From: Candidatus Omnitrophota bacterium
GTDB taxonomy: Bacteria; Omnitrophota; Gorgyraeia; Gygaellales; Profunditerraquicolaceae
Reading direction: 5' to 3'
Length of the DNA stretch: 64,000 nt
Assembly: GCA_041651115.1 (NCBI GenBank)
Contig: JBAZJY010000002.1
Coordinates: 350,855-414,854, forward strand
Part shown: positions 1 to 10,245 of the stretch, one piece after another
How positions within the stretch are numbered: position 1 is the stretch's first letter
How the letters are laid out: every line of letters begins with the position of its first letter
Made by a program: the position numbers and the translations under genes
The notes under the pieces: model-generated
Seen by the model: the letters and a program-made list of their open reading frames with translations, nothing else
What the model was told of the DNA's origin: nothing
Database searches by the model: none

Positions 1-162
1 CCTTTATTTATGATCGGGAAGTTCCTGATCATCCTGGTATTGTTTATTTTGATCAAAAATACCAATCCCCGGCTGCGCATTGACCAGGCAATGAGATTTC
101 TCTGGGGGCCGGTGACGTTATTGGCGATTGCCGCGATCGTATTGGCGGCGTTAGGAAAGTAA
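1..162 (+). CDS. C-terminal fragment of a NuoH/MbhM-like membrane subunit (5' partial)
   Basis: Frame 1 reads PLFMIGKF...RLRIDQAMRFLWGPVTLLAIA, which resembles the NuoH C-terminus; stop at 160..162, immediately upstream of the hydrogenase small subunit. Confidence 0.5.
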   Translation, partial: PLFMIGKFLIILVLFILIKNTNPRLRIDQAMRFLWGPVTLLAIAAIVLAALGK

Positions 163-165
163 AAA

Positions 166-615
166 ATGGACCTTAAGCTTAAGGCATTGACCAAATCGAT
201 CTGGGTATTCCATGTCAGCGCCGGATCATGCAATAACTGCGATATTGAGATACTGGATTGCCTTACCCCGCGTTTTGACGTGGAGCGCTTTGGTATCCAA
301 CTGATCGGTTCGGTAAGGCATGCCGACGCGCTGCTGATCACCGGGGCAATGAACCGTAAGGCAGTGCCGCGGATGAAAGAGATCTACCGTCAGGCGCCCA
401 AACCGTGCATCGTGGTTGCCTGCGGCATTTGCGCGCTTTCCCAGCATATGTTCCGCGACAGCTATAATGTCAGAGAGCCGCTGGATAAGATCCTGCCTGT
501 GGATGTTTACATACCCGGCTGCCCGCCAAAACCGGAGGCGATCATCAGCGGCATAGTCAAGGCAGTAAATAAATTACAGGAAAAATCAAGCCATGGACAT
601 AAAAGCAAAGATTAA
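166..615 (+). CDS. Group-4 [NiFe] hydrogenase small subunit (NuoB-like, MbhJ/EchC-type)
   Basis: Cys pattern for the proximal 4Fe-4S cluster and a GCPPKPE motif typical of the NuoB/hydrogenase small-subunit family. Confidence 0.85.
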   Translation: MDLKLKALTKSIWVFHVSAGSCNNCDIEILDCLTPRFDVERFGIQLIGSVRHADALLITGAMNRKAVPRMKEIYRQAPKPCIVVACGICALSQHMFRDSYNVREPLDKILPVDVYIPGCPPKPEAIISGIVKAVNKLQEKSSHGHKSKD

Positions 616-1018
616 AGACAGGCTGGGCGATAAGATCCTTCTTTGGGAGGAGAGGTCAGGGACAAGGATATATTTTTCCGTAAGGAAGAAGGACCTTATT
701 GAGGCGGTAAAATTATTATTCCGGGATTTGGGCTTAAGGCTGGCCACGGCTTCAGCGACCGACACGCCGGAAGGCTTTGAAATATTGTATCATTTTAGTT
801 TTGATGAAACCGGGCAGATCTTTTCCATACGCGTGCTGTTGGAAGATAAGGCGCAGCCGGAAGTTGATTCGATCACTCCGCTTTTCCCCGGAGCGGAATG
901 GATCGAGCGCGAGATGTGGGAGCTGATGGGCATAAACTTTAAAGGCCATCCGAATTTAAAAAAGTTATTATTGGCAGATGACTGGCCGGAAGGCGAGTAT
1001 CCGCTGAGAAAGGAATAG
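593..1018 (+). CDS. NuoC-like (30 kDa) hydrogenase subunit (MbhK-type)
   Basis: Position between small and large subunits; NuoC-like conserved C-terminal EREMWE..GI.F motif. Confidence 0.75.
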   Translation: MDIKAKIKDRLGDKILLWEERSGTRIYFSVRKKDLIEAVKLLFRDLGLRLATASATDTPEGFEILYHFSFDETGQIFSIRVLLEDKAQPEVDSITPLFPGAEWIEREMWELMGINFKGHPNLKKLLLADDWPEGEYPLRKE

Positions 1019-2227
1019 ATGTCGCATAAGGTTGTGGTGCCGATAGGGCCGTATCATCCCTTGCAGGAAGAGCCGGAATTTTTCCGGCTTTACGTGGAAG
1101 GCGAGAAAGTCGTAGATATCGATATTATTATCGGTTACAACCACCGCGGTATCGAAGAGCTTTCTGAATCAAAGCATTTTGACCAGGTGGCCTTTCTCGT
1201 AGAGAGGATCTGCGGGATCTGTTCGTCAAGCCACCCCTATGCCTACGTGCTTGCGGTGGAAGACATTATTGGCGGGGAAGCAAGCGTCGTGCCTGCGCGG
1301 GCATTATACATCCGTACGATCATTGATGAGCTGCAACGGATCCACAGCCATTTATTGTGGCTGGGGCTTGCCGGGCATTTTATCGGTTATAACACCGTTT
1401 GGATGTGGGCGTGGAAATACCGCGAGCCGGTGTTGGATATGTTTGAAATGGTCACCGGTAACCGCAACAACTACGCGATGTTCAAGGTGGGAGGCGTGCG
1501 CCGCGACATCAAAGACGAAGATATACCTATATTAAAAAAGACATTGGATGAGCTTTCTCCGGCAATAGATATGTTCCGCGGCGCGGTAATGGATGACCCG
1601 GTGATCAGGGCCAGGCTTGTCGGAGCGGGGATCTTGACCCGGCAGCAGGCGATTGACTGGTGCGTTGTCGGGCCGACAGCGCGCGCATCGGGTATTAATA
1701 TTGATATCCGGCGCGACGAGCCGTATGGGGCGATATCAAAGCTTGACTGGAACGTGATCGTGGAAAAAGAGGGTGACGTATTTGCCAAGACAAAAGCAAG
1801 GATACTGGAGATGTATGAATGTATCCGGATCATCCGGCAGTGCCTGGACAATATGCCGCATGGCGAGATCGATGCTAATGTTAAAGATATCCCCCCGGGA
1901 GAAGGCATCGGCAGGGTCGAGGCGCCGCGCGGCGAGTGCTTTCATTATGTAAAGACCGACGGCACCAACCGCCCGGTAAGGCATAAGATCCGCGCGCCGA
2001 GTTTCATGAACGTGGCTTCCAACAAGGTCTCCGTTATCGGCAACACGATATCGGACGCAGCGATCACCCTGGCAGCGGTTGATCCCTGTTATTGTTGCAC
2101 TGAACGGCTGGCAGTGATCGCTAAACCGGATGATAAAAAAGTAATGAATGGCTGGGATTTAATTAAGCTTTGCCAGGAAAAGACAGAAGCGGTTAAAAAA
2201 GAAATGAAGGGGTCGGACAGGCAATGA
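1019..2227 (+). CDS. Group-4 [NiFe] hydrogenase large subunit (NuoD-like, MbhL/EchE-type)
   Basis: N-terminal RICGICSSSH and C-terminal DPCYCCTER Ni-Fe ligand motifs are both present; NuoD-like core. Confidence 0.9.
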   Translation: MSHKVVVPIGPYHPLQEEPEFFRLYVEGEKVVDIDIIIGYNHRGIEELSESKHFDQVAFLVERICGICSSSHPYAYVLAVEDIIGGEASVVPARALYIRTIIDELQRIHSHLLWLGLAGHFIGYNTVWMWAWKYREPVLDMFEMVTGNRNNYAMFKVGGVRRDIKDEDIPILKKTLDELSPAIDMFRGAVMDDPVIRARLVGAGILTRQQAIDWCVVGPTARASGINIDIRRDEPYGAISKLDWNVIVEKEGDVFAKTKARILEMYECIRIIRQCLDNMPHGEIDANVKDIPPGEGIGRVEAPRGECFHYVKTDGTNRPVRHKIRAPSFMNVASNKVSVIGNTISDAAITLAAVDPCYCCTERLAVIAKPDDKKVMNGWDLIKLCQEKTEAVKKEMKGSDRQ

Positions 2228-3618
2228 AATCCGTATTGACGGCTGTATTTTTGCCATTGTTGGGGGCGTTCCTTATTCCGGTATTGCCGAAGAGATATAG
2301 GTCTTATTACTCGGTCCTGCTCCTGGGTTTAACTTTTTTCTTCAGCTTGATCGCGGTATCCCTGGCGCTTAAACATAAAGATTTTGTCTTTGTGCGCTAT
2401 TTTTCCGGATGGTTTGAATTTTCCTTTTTGTCCGACGGCCTGGCAGCCTTTATGGCTGCGGTTTCCTCGTTCGTGGCGTTCCTGATCTCTTTGTATTCTT
2501 TGGATTATATGGAGCATTATCCGGAAAACGGCACGTTTTATTTTTGGACCGTGCTGTTCGTAGGCAGCATGATGGGGCTGGTGTTTTCCGCAAACCTCCT
2601 TCTTTTGTTCTGCTTCTGGGAAATATCTTCTGTTTGTTCATGGCGGCTGATCGGATTTTATCGCAAGGATGAAGACGTGGCTGCCGCGGATAAGGCGTTC
2701 CTGATCACATTTTTGGGCGCCTCGTTAATGCTGGCAGGCATTATTGCCGTTTACCTTAATTACGGAACTTTAAGCGTAAATTCTTTGAAGGGCCTGCCGA
2801 TCAGCAATATTGCCGCGTTCCTGCTTTTAGCAGGAATAATTTCCAAATCCGCGCAGCTTCCTTTACAGACCTGGCTGCCGGACGCCGGAGTAGCCCCTAC
2901 GCCGGTAACCGCGCTTTTGCACGCGGCAGTGCTGGTAAAGATCGGGGTTTACTTTTTTGCCCGCGCCTTTGGCATGACTTTCGCGTCATCGCCGTTATTC
3001 ACCAATACCGCGATAGCCATCAGCGCGGTAACGATAATCGTTGCCGGCGGCTCTGCGTTGGTTGAGAATAATATAAAAAGGATCCTTGCGTATTCAACAA
3101 TCAGCCAGCTGGGTTATATCCTGCTCGCGCTTGCTTTAAACAGCGCTATTTCGTTTAAGGTTGCCTTGGTTTATATATTGGCGCACAGCCTTGCCAAGGC
3201 CGGCTTGTTCCTCTGCGCAGGCATAATCGAACAGGCAACCGGAACAAAAGACATTAACCGGCTCGGTGGCTTGCTTAAGACCATGCCGTTTACCGCGGCA
3301 GCTTATCTTTTGTGTGCGTTTTCAGTGATCGGCATTGCGCCTTTTCTGGGGTTTTGGCCGAAATTCATGATCGTGCTCTTGGCAATAAAATCAGGGCATC
3401 TCATCGCCGGATTTCTTGCGGTGCTGGGAGCGTTGTTTACCCTGCTTTACCTGATGCGGGTATTTAATAAAGTGTTCCTGGGCGTTGGCGCTGTTGAGGC
3501 GCATGAAGATAAAAAGTCTTTTATGGTCATGGTAGTGCTGGCTTTCGGGGCTTTGTCCTTGTTGCTGGGCATTTTGTTTAAATTACCGTTTAATTTTGTT
3601 AATACACTGATAAGATAA
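2224..3618 (+). CDS. Mrp/NuoL-family antiporter-like membrane subunit
   Basis: WLPDAGVAPTPVTALLHAAVLVKIGVYFF proton-pumping antiporter motif; polytopic. Confidence 0.8.
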   Translation: MKSVLTAVFLPLLGAFLIPVLPKRYRSYYSVLLLGLTFFFSLIAVSLALKHKDFVFVRYFSGWFEFSFLSDGLAAFMAAVSSFVAFLISLYSLDYMEHYPENGTFYFWTVLFVGSMMGLVFSANLLLLFCFWEISSVCSWRLIGFYRKDEDVAAADKAFLITFLGASLMLAGIIAVYLNYGTLSVNSLKGLPISNIAAFLLLAGIISKSAQLPLQTWLPDAGVAPTPVTALLHAAVLVKIGVYFFARAFGMTFASSPLFTNTAIAISAVTIIVAGGSALVENNIKRILAYSTISQLGYILLALALNSAISFKVALVYILAHSLAKAGLFLCAGIIEQATGTKDINRLGGLLKTMPFTAAAYLLCAFSVIGIAPFLGFWPKFMIVLLAIKSGHLIAGFLAVLGALFTLLYLMRVFNKVFLGVGAVEAHEDKKSFMVMVVLAFGALSLLLGILFKLPFNFVNTLIR

Positions 3619-5516
3619 TGACAATGCCTGTATTTTTATTGACTGGTTTGCCTATTTTGGCAGGGATAATTTGTTTCTGCGTTGCCAATGGCACTTTAAG
3701 GCGTAACCTGGCGCAGTCAATATTCTTTATCAGCCTTGCCGCTTCGGTATTCCTGCTGATGAAGCCGCAGCCCGGCATGGCAATAAATCTGCTCCCGGAC
3801 TACAATATCATCTTGGCAATAAATAAACTTTCCGGGTTCATTATTATTTTCGTTAATCTTTTTGGTTTGCTGATCTGCCAGTATTGCCGTGATTACGAAA
3901 GGCTTAAAGACAGCCGTTTGTATTTTTCCTGTTTACTGTGGCTGATCGCTTTTTCTAATCTGATCTGCCTTGCCGCGGATTTCGCGGTTTTTATCTTTGC
4001 CTGGGGCGCGGGGCTGGCGCTTTTGTACGCGCTTTTAAGCATGGGCTCGCGTGAGGTTGCAAATAAGGCGCTGGTTGTCGTCGGATTAGGTGATTTTTTC
4101 CTGCTTTTAGGAGCAAGCCTTTATATTTATTTGACCGGGACAACTGCCATTCCGCTTAAGGCAGCAGTGCCCCTGGATAATCCGCTTGGCTGGATGAGTT
4201 TTTTGTTCATGCTTTTCGGCGCATTTGCGAAATCAGGCTGTTTTCCTTTTCATACCTGGATCCCCGATGCCGCAGAGACCGCGCCTGTGCCGGTAATGGC
4301 GCTACTTCCGGCATGCCTTGATAAGTTACTCGGCATCTATTTCCTGGCAAGGGTGTGCGCCGACCTCTTTATATTTAATAACGCGGCTTCCGCGTTTCTG
4401 CTTATTATCGGGTCTTTTACGATATTGTTCGCGGTAATGATGGCGCTCGTCCAGCATGACTTAAGGAAGCTTTTATCTTTTCATGCCATCAGCCAGGTCG
4501 GATATATGGTGTTAGGCTTTGGCACGGCACTGCCCATCGGCATTGCCGGAGCGCTGTTCCATATGTTGAATAACGCGATCTATAAAACCGGGCTGTTCCT
4601 CACCGGTGGATCAGTCGGCCAGAAAAAAGGTACTTTTGAGCTGGATAACCTTGGCGGCCTGGCAAAGTATATGCCCGTGACTTTTGGGGCCGCTTTGGTC
4701 TTTTCTCTATCCATCTCCGGCATCCCGCCGCTTAACGGGTTTGCTTCCAAATGGATGATCTATCAGGCAGCGCTGCTGGGAGCGGTGAATTCGTCCTCTC
4801 TACTGCTGCGTCCGGTATTTATGCTCGCCCTGATCAGCGCGATGTTCGGCAGTATCCTGACGCTGGCAAGCTTCGTAAAATTCATTCACGCGATCTTTCT
4901 CGGCGAAGAAAAATCATCAAGCCGCGACAGCGCGGCCGGAATTTCTTTTAATATGCAGGTCCCCGTCGTTATCCTGGCCGGCCTTTGCGTATTCTTCGGG
5001 CTTTTCCCGAACTTATTTTTGAAATGGGTCATCCAGCCATGGATAGGAGAAGAGATATTGTTCTCCGGCAGCTGGAACAGTACGCTCGCTTTTATTTTGA
5101 TCGCTCTCGGGCTGCTCTTGGGGCTGATATTCTTTAGCCTGACCAAAGACAGAAAATCATTAAGGCCGATGGTCTCCTTTATCGGAGGCGAAGACCCGGA
5201 TCTTGCTACGGCCTTTTCATCATCCGGTTTTTATAAAACCATAGAAGAGATGCCGTTGGCAAAAAAGGCATACCGCTTAATAAAGATCGAGGCATTTGAC
5301 CTGTTTAATGTAATAGACAGCGCGATGAAATTATGCGGCTATCTTTTATTTATTTTCGCAGACAGGTTTATAAACCTGATCACGCACGCAACAGGCTATG
5401 CCGTGCTCGGGGTAAGCCGGCTGCTGCGTTTGTTCCATACCGGCGTGCTTGATTTTTATCTGGCCTGGAGCCTGTTTGGTTTAGCAACCCTATTTTTTAT
5501 CTTAATGTCAAAATGA
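3618..5516 (+). CDS. MrpA-like long antiporter subunit
   Basis: HTWIPDAAETAPVPVMALL motif; 632 aa with a C-terminal extension typical of MrpA. Confidence 0.75.
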   Translation: MTMPVFLLTGLPILAGIICFCVANGTLRRNLAQSIFFISLAASVFLLMKPQPGMAINLLPDYNIILAINKLSGFIIIFVNLFGLLICQYCRDYERLKDSRLYFSCLLWLIAFSNLICLAADFAVFIFAWGAGLALLYALLSMGSREVANKALVVVGLGDFFLLLGASLYIYLTGTTAIPLKAAVPLDNPLGWMSFLFMLFGAFAKSGCFPFHTWIPDAAETAPVPVMALLPACLDKLLGIYFLARVCADLFIFNNAASAFLLIIGSFTILFAVMMALVQHDLRKLLSFHAISQVGYMVLGFGTALPIGIAGALFHMLNNAIYKTGLFLTGGSVGQKKGTFELDNLGGLAKYMPVTFGAALVFSLSISGIPPLNGFASKWMIYQAALLGAVNSSSLLLRPVFMLALISAMFGSILTLASFVKFIHAIFLGEEKSSSRDSAAGISFNMQVPVVILAGLCVFFGLFPNLFLKWVIQPWIGEEILFSGSWNSTLAFILIALGLLLGLIFFSLTKDRKSLRPMVSFIGGEDPDLATAFSSSGFYKTIEEMPLAKKAYRLIKIEAFDLFNVIDSAMKLCGYLLFIFADRFINLITHATGYAVLGVSRLLRLFHTGVLDFYLAWSLFGLATLFFILMSK

Positions 5517-6031
5517 TCGAACTGCATCTGATCCTGATATTCATGATCATCGGCGCGCTTGTGGCAATGGAAGCCAAGGATCTCTTGTCCAGCGTAATCG
5601 CGCTGGGTGCGGTAGGTATGGGGCTTACTTTGGAATTTTTGCTTCTTAGGGCTCCGGATCTGGCGATCACCCAGTTGGTAGTGGAGATATTGTCTCTGGT
5701 TATCCTTATCCAGGCAACAGTGGGTGTTACTATACCGCCGGAAAAAATAAAAGTGAGATTGGGTTATTTTGCTTTCGCGATTATCTTTTGCGCGATATTC
5801 CTCTGGTTTGGCCATAAAGCGCTGGCAGAGTTGCCGGCTTTTGGAAACTCCATAATGAAAATGGGCTCGCAATATCTTGCCGAAGGCTTAAGCAAGACCG
5901 GGGCTGCCAACATGGTCGCGGCAATAATCCTTGATTTCCGGGGCTACGACACTTTAGGCGAGGCAACCATATTATTCGCTTCAGTGATCGGAGTGCTCGC
6001 GGTATTAAGGAATAAGGACAAGAAAAAATGA
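5513..6031 (+). CDS. MnhB/MrpB-domain membrane subunit
   Basis: Hydrophobic with an MnhB-like LLRAPDLAITQLVVE motif; translationally coupled to its neighbours. Confidence 0.6.
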   Translation: MIELHLILIFMIIGALVAMEAKDLLSSVIALGAVGMGLTLEFLLLRAPDLAITQLVVEILSLVILIQATVGVTIPPEKIKVRLGYFAFAIIFCAIFLWFGHKALAELPAFGNSIMKMGSQYLAEGLSKTGAANMVAAIILDFRGYDTLGEATILFASVIGVLAVLRNKDKKK

Positions 6032-6489
6032 AACGCAAGGAAGCGGGAATGTCGTTGATCGTCAAACGGATTACCAAGATCACCGTCAGCCTGATATTTT
6101 TGTACGGTGTTTATATTGTTTTGCACGGCCACCTTACCCCGGGCGGAGGGTTTGCCGGAGGAGTGATCATCGCATTGTCTTTTATTCATCTTGTCCTTGC
6201 CTTTGGCAGGGAAACTGCCGTGAAAAGGCTAAGCGAGGCAGCTGTTTCAATCGTGGAATCCGCGGGAGGCTTGATATTTTTGGGATTAGCGCTCCTGGGC
6301 GTCATTACCGGATCAGTTTTCTTTTTAAACGCGCTTCCTAAGGGCCAACCGTTCCACTTATTCAGCTCCGGCACCATTGTCTTGTGCAATATCGCGATAT
6401 TCTTAAAGGTCGGGGCAGGGCTATTCGCGATATTTATCGCGCTGGCTGTTTTAAGAATCCCCGTTGAAACAGCAAAAGAGGAGAAATAA
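6028..6489 (+). CDS. Small Mrp/Mbh membrane subunit
   Basis: 153 aa polytopic protein within the coupled operon; no specific motif recognised. Confidence 0.45.
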   Translation: MKRKEAGMSLIVKRITKITVSLIFLYGVYIVLHGHLTPGGGFAGGVIIALSFIHLVLAFGRETAVKRLSEAAVSIVESAGGLIFLGLALLGVITGSVFFLNALPKGQPFHLFSSGTIVLCNIAIFLKVGAGLFAIFIALAVLRIPVETAKEEK

Positions 6490-6492
6490 GGG

Positions 6493-6831
6493 ATGAGCCT
6501 TTATGTCCTGTGTCTAATTTTATTCTCTATCGGCATATACTGCCTGTTGGTAAAGAAAAACCTGGTCAAGAAGATCGTTGGCTTCGGCATTGCCGAATAC
6601 GCCTTAAATCTTTTCTTTATCCTTTTGGGTTACCGGTCCTCGGGCAGGGCGCCGATACTGGACCAGCGCGTGACGATCACTAATTTTGTTGATCCCTTGC
6701 CGCAGGCGTTGATCCTTACCTCTATCGTCATAGGCCTGGGCATTACGGCATTAATGGTAGCGCTGGTAGTGCGCATTTATGAGAAATACAAGACGTTTGA
6801 TATAGACGAGATTCGCAGGTTGAAAGGGTAA
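6493..6831 (+). CDS. MrpC/NuoK-like subunit
   Basis: 112 aa, three TM segments, NuoK-like pattern. Confidence 0.65.
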   Translation: MSLYVLCLILFSIGIYCLLVKKNLVKKIVGFGIAEYALNLFFILLGYRSSGRAPILDQRVTITNFVDPLPQALILTSIVIGLGITALMVALVVRIYEKYKTFDIDEIRRLKG

Positions 6832-6833
6832 TT

Positions 6834-8312
6834 ATGCTTCCATTATTTGTGGTTGTGCCGTTAGCTGCCGCGTTTACGATCCCGATTTTATCGGCGCTGC
6901 GCAGGAACTTTGCGCAGTGGCTGGCAATAATCTGCGGCGGGTGGCTGCTCTTGCTTTCTATTAAAAGTATCTCCTGGCTGAAAAGCGGCATAAAAGTTTA
7001 TGCTGTAGGAAACTGGCAGCCGCCGTTCGGTATTTGCATGGAGTTGGACGGCCTGACCGTGCTTATGCTTTTAGTGGTTAACTTGATCGGATTTCTTGCC
7101 ATCCTGTATTCTTTTGATTACGCGAAAAAATATTCTTCGCCCAAGCTGTATTATACGCTGTTTTGCCTGCTTTTGGCCGGATTAAACGGCGTAGTGATCA
7201 GCGGAGATTTATTCAACATGTTTGTTTTTCTTGAGATCGCCTCGATAGCCAGCTATTCTTTGGTTGCCTTCGGCGCTGAAGCGGAAGAACTTGAGGCAGC
7301 GTTTAAATACCTGGTCTTGGGCAGCGTTGCTTCGGCATTTATCCTGCTTGCCATTGCAATGCTTTTGGGCGGCGTTTCCACGTTAAATATGGCGGATATC
7401 AGCCGTTCTTTAAATATGTCGTCTTCGGCTAATCTCATTCTTTTTTCCCTTGCCCTGTTTATCATGGGTTTTGGTTTAAAAACCGGGCTTGTGCCTTTTC
7501 ACGCCTGGCTTCCTGACGCCCATCCTGCGGCGCCCGCGCCTGTATCGGCAATGCTTTCCGGCGTAGTGATCAAAACGCTGGGGGTTTATGCGTTAGTAAG
7601 GGTGATCTTTAATATTATCGGTTTTACTCCGCTTATCGGCTCACTTTTGGCAGGCTTCGGGATCTTATCAATGGTTTTCGGGGCCTTGCTGTCTCTGGGG
7701 CAATGGGATCTTAAGCGGCTCCTGGCATACAGTTCAATCAGTCAGGTCGGCTATGTGATTTTCGGCATCAGCCTTGGCACGCCCCTGGGGATTATCGGCG
7801 GCTTGTTCCATCTTTTTAACCACTCTTTGTTCAAATCGCTGCTTTTCTTTAATGCTGGCAGCCTTGAACAGGCAACCGGCACAAGGATGCTTGATAAATA
7901 CGGCGGTTTATCCAAAGAAATGCCGGTTACGGCAGCTACATCTATGGCAGCTTCTTTGTCGATCATCGGTATCCCACCTATGTGCGGCTTCTGGAGCAAA
8001 CTGATCATTATTATTGCCGCTTTCGAAGCGGGAAATATATTCGGCGCGCTTACCTGCATAGCGGTAGCGGTGATCACACTGGCGATATTTTTAAAATTCC
8101 AGAAGCACGCGTTCCTGCGCAAGGGCAAGGAAGATACGGCTCATATAAAAGAAGCAGGCGTTTGCATGCGTTCTTCAATGATCATCCTGGCGCTGTTGTG
8201 TTTTGCGGTGGGAGTAATGTTCCATCCTTTTGTCAATAAAATCGTAAAACCGGCCGCGGATATGTTGCTTGAAGGCAAAGGCTACGCAAATATAGTATTA
8301 AAAGACAAATGA
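6834..8312 (+). CDS. MrpD/NuoN-like antiporter subunit
   Basis: HAWLPDAHPAAPAPVSAMLSGVVIKTLGVYALVR motif. Confidence 0.8.
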   Translation: MLPLFVVVPLAAAFTIPILSALRRNFAQWLAIICGGWLLLLSIKSISWLKSGIKVYAVGNWQPPFGICMELDGLTVLMLLVVNLIGFLAILYSFDYAKKYSSPKLYYTLFCLLLAGLNGVVISGDLFNMFVFLEIASIASYSLVAFGAEAEELEAAFKYLVLGSVASAFILLAIAMLLGGVSTLNMADISRSLNMSSSANLILFSLALFIMGFGLKTGLVPFHAWLPDAHPAAPAPVSAMLSGVVIKTLGVYALVRVIFNIIGFTPLIGSLLAGFGILSMVFGALLSLGQWDLKRLLAYSSISQVGYVIFGISLGTPLGIIGGLFHLFNHSLFKSLLFFNAGSLEQATGTRMLDKYGGLSKEMPVTAATSMAASLSIIGIPPMCGFWSKLIIIIAAFEAGNIFGALTCIAVAVITLAIFLKFQKHAFLRKGKEDTAHIKEAGVCMRSSMIILALLCFAVGVMFHPFVNKIVKPAADMLLEGKGYANIVLKDK

Positions 8313-8812
8313 AGAATAAACGTTCAAGGGTAGTGACTTTTTTTGTTTGCGTGATCCTCTGGCTGCTTTTGACTTTTCCGCCTGACCGGCAGGAATTATT
8401 TGCCGCCGTATTAGTCGGCCTGCTTGCCGCGCTGTTAATGGGCGATATGTTTACCTCTAAAGCGGGCAGATGGGTCAGCCCGAAGCGCTGGCGCTGGTTT
8501 GCCGTATTTATCGCGGTGTTTATCTGGGAGTGTATTAAGGCAAACTTTGACGTGGCGATCCGGATCTTGAGCCCGCGCCTGCCGATAAATCCCGGAATCG
8601 TTAAGGTAAAAACCAGCTTAAAATCAGAGACCGGCCTGACCTTCTTGGCGAATTTCATTACCCTGACGCCCGGTACTTTTACCGTTGACGTAGACAAGGA
8701 AAACGGTTACCTTTATATCCATTGGATCGACGTAAAAACGCAGGACGTTGAAAAAGCTACGCGGATAATCGTGTCTAAGTTTGAAAGGATCCTAAAAGGA
8801 GTATTTGAATGA
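8309..8812 (+). CDS. MrpE-like subunit
   Basis: LTPGTFTVDVD motif characteristic of MrpE/MnhE. Confidence 0.6.
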   Translation: MKNKRSRVVTFFVCVILWLLLTFPPDRQELFAAVLVGLLAALLMGDMFTSKAGRWVSPKRWRWFAVFIAVFIWECIKANFDVAIRILSPRLPINPGIVKVKTSLKSETGLTFLANFITLTPGTFTVDVDKENGYLYIHWIDVKTQDVEKATRIIVSKFERILKGVFE

Positions 8813-9147
8813 AATTTTTTCGCTGGCTGGCGGGTTTTGTTTTCCTGGCTGCGGCAATTATCTTTATTTTTGTTTTTCTTAAGGTTACCGCGCAGCAGAA
8901 ACTTATACTTTTCCTTTTACTTTGTTTTATGCTTTCCCTGATCCGGATCTTTAAGGGGCCGACAGCGGCAGACCGCTCGGTGGCAACGGACATACTCGGC
9001 ATATTGGTCATTGGTTTCTGCGCGATAATGGAAATATACGGAAACCGTGGATGGTATATGGATATTGCCATTGCCTGGGCGCTGCAGAGCTTTATCGGCA
9101 CACTTGCTTTAGCCAAATTTTTGGAAGGCAGGCATTTTGATGAATGA
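8809..9147 (+). CDS. MrpF-like subunit
   Basis: Small three-TM protein in the MrpF position. Confidence 0.55.
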   Translation: MKFFRWLAGFVFLAAAIIFIFVFLKVTAQQKLILFLLLCFMLSLIRIFKGPTAADRSVATDILGILVIGFCAIMEIYGNRGWYMDIAIAWALQSFIGTLALAKFLEGRHFDE

Positions 9148-9487
9148 GATAATTTCACTTTTGTTCATTATTGTGGGCATTATGTTTGACCTGTTCGGCT
9201 GCCTCGGCCTGCTCAGGCTGCCGGATGTTTATAACCGGCTTCAGGCTTCCACAAAGTGCGTGACCCTGGGGACCTGCAGCATCTTATTCGGGGTCTTCGT
9301 AAAGTTCGGGTTCAGCTCTACCGGTATAAAAGCCCTACTTTGCATCGGTTTTCTTTTACTTACTTCGCCGGTTGCCGCGCACGCGCTTGCCCGGGGATGT
9401 CACTGCGCGGGAATTAAATTATGGAAGCATTCTGTCTGCGATAAATATGAGGAAGACAAGAACAGCGCCAAGGAGCCGTCTGCCTGA
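9137..9487 (+). CDS. MrpG-like subunit
   Basis: PDVYNRLQASTK motif (MnhG-like RLHA.TK). Confidence 0.6.
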   Translation: MMNEIISLLFIIVGIMFDLFGCLGLLRLPDVYNRLQASTKCVTLGTCSILFGVFVKFGFSSTGIKALLCIGFLLLTSPVAAHALARGCHCAGIKLWKHSVCDKYEEDKNSAKEPSA

Positions 9488-10095
9488 TGCGATATCCTAA
9501 ATTACGGGAGTTAAAAGAGGCGATAAGGTCGCTTTTTAGTAAGCCTTATACTACGCGCTTTCCTTATGAGCAGCATAAGCCGTATGAAAGGTTCCGGGGA
9601 AAGCCCGAGTTCCACGTTGATGATTGCGTCGGCTGCACTGCCTGTGTGCAGGTCTGTCCTGCCGGAGCGCTCAGTTTTAAAGACGAAGCCAAGAACGGCA
9701 AAACAAAGCGCGTATTGACCGTGCGTTGGGATATTTGCATTTATTGCGGGCAGTGCGAGGCAAATTGCCTTACCGGAAAAGGGATCGTCCTTTCGCGGGA
9801 ATTTGATCTGGCTACCACCGGGAAAAGGGAAGACCTTTACCAGACCATAGAAAAGGAGGTCTTGCTTTGCGATTGCTGTAAAGAGGTAATTATGCCGCTT
9901 GACCAGATAAAATGGGTGGCGAATAAATTAGGGCCGCTTTGTTTTACCAATGCTTCAGTGATGCTGTTTTATTTGCGGAACTTGAGCCTTGCCTGGAAAG
10001 AAAAGTTTTTCCCCAAGGAAGAAGCGTTCCTGCGTTCAGACCGGGTTAAATTGCTTTGTCCGCGTTGCCGCAGGCAGGCAGTAATTACGTCGTAG
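9487..10095 (+). CDS. 2x[4Fe-4S] ferredoxin subunit (NuoI/MbhN-like)
   Basis: CVGCTACVQVCP and CIYCGQCEANC cluster motifs, plus extra C-terminal Cys pairs. Confidence 0.8.
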   Translation: MRYPKLRELKEAIRSLFSKPYTTRFPYEQHKPYERFRGKPEFHVDDCVGCTACVQVCPAGALSFKDEAKNGKTKRVLTVRWDICIYCGQCEANCLTGKGIVLSREFDLATTGKREDLYQTIEKEVLLCDCCKEVIMPLDQIKWVANKLGPLCFTNASVMLFYLRNLSLAWKEKFFPKEEAFLRSDRVKLLCPRCRRQAVITS

Positions 10096-10166
10096 GGACG
10101 GTTCTCGGCCAAGGAGAAAAATGTCCCCGGATGGGGACACTTTTCCCTTGGACCGAGAACCGTCCC
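10096..10166. terminator. Nested 71 nt stem-loop immediately after the hydrogenase operon
   Basis: gggacggttctcggcc...ggccgagaaccgtccc perfect outer inverted repeat with an inner gtcccc/ggggac hairpin. Confidence 0.55.
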
Positions 10167-10245
10167 TAAAACATTTGCATTTTTTAAAATAAGTATTAAA
10201 ATGGATTGCATATTATTGTGCAACGAGAGGGGGTGAATCGCGACT

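Noticed and set aside
1239-1984. Several 80 to 145 aa ORFs on both strands inside the hydrogenase large-subunit gene
   Set aside because: They are embedded in or antisense to a strongly supported conserved CDS, with low-complexity translations and no RBS.
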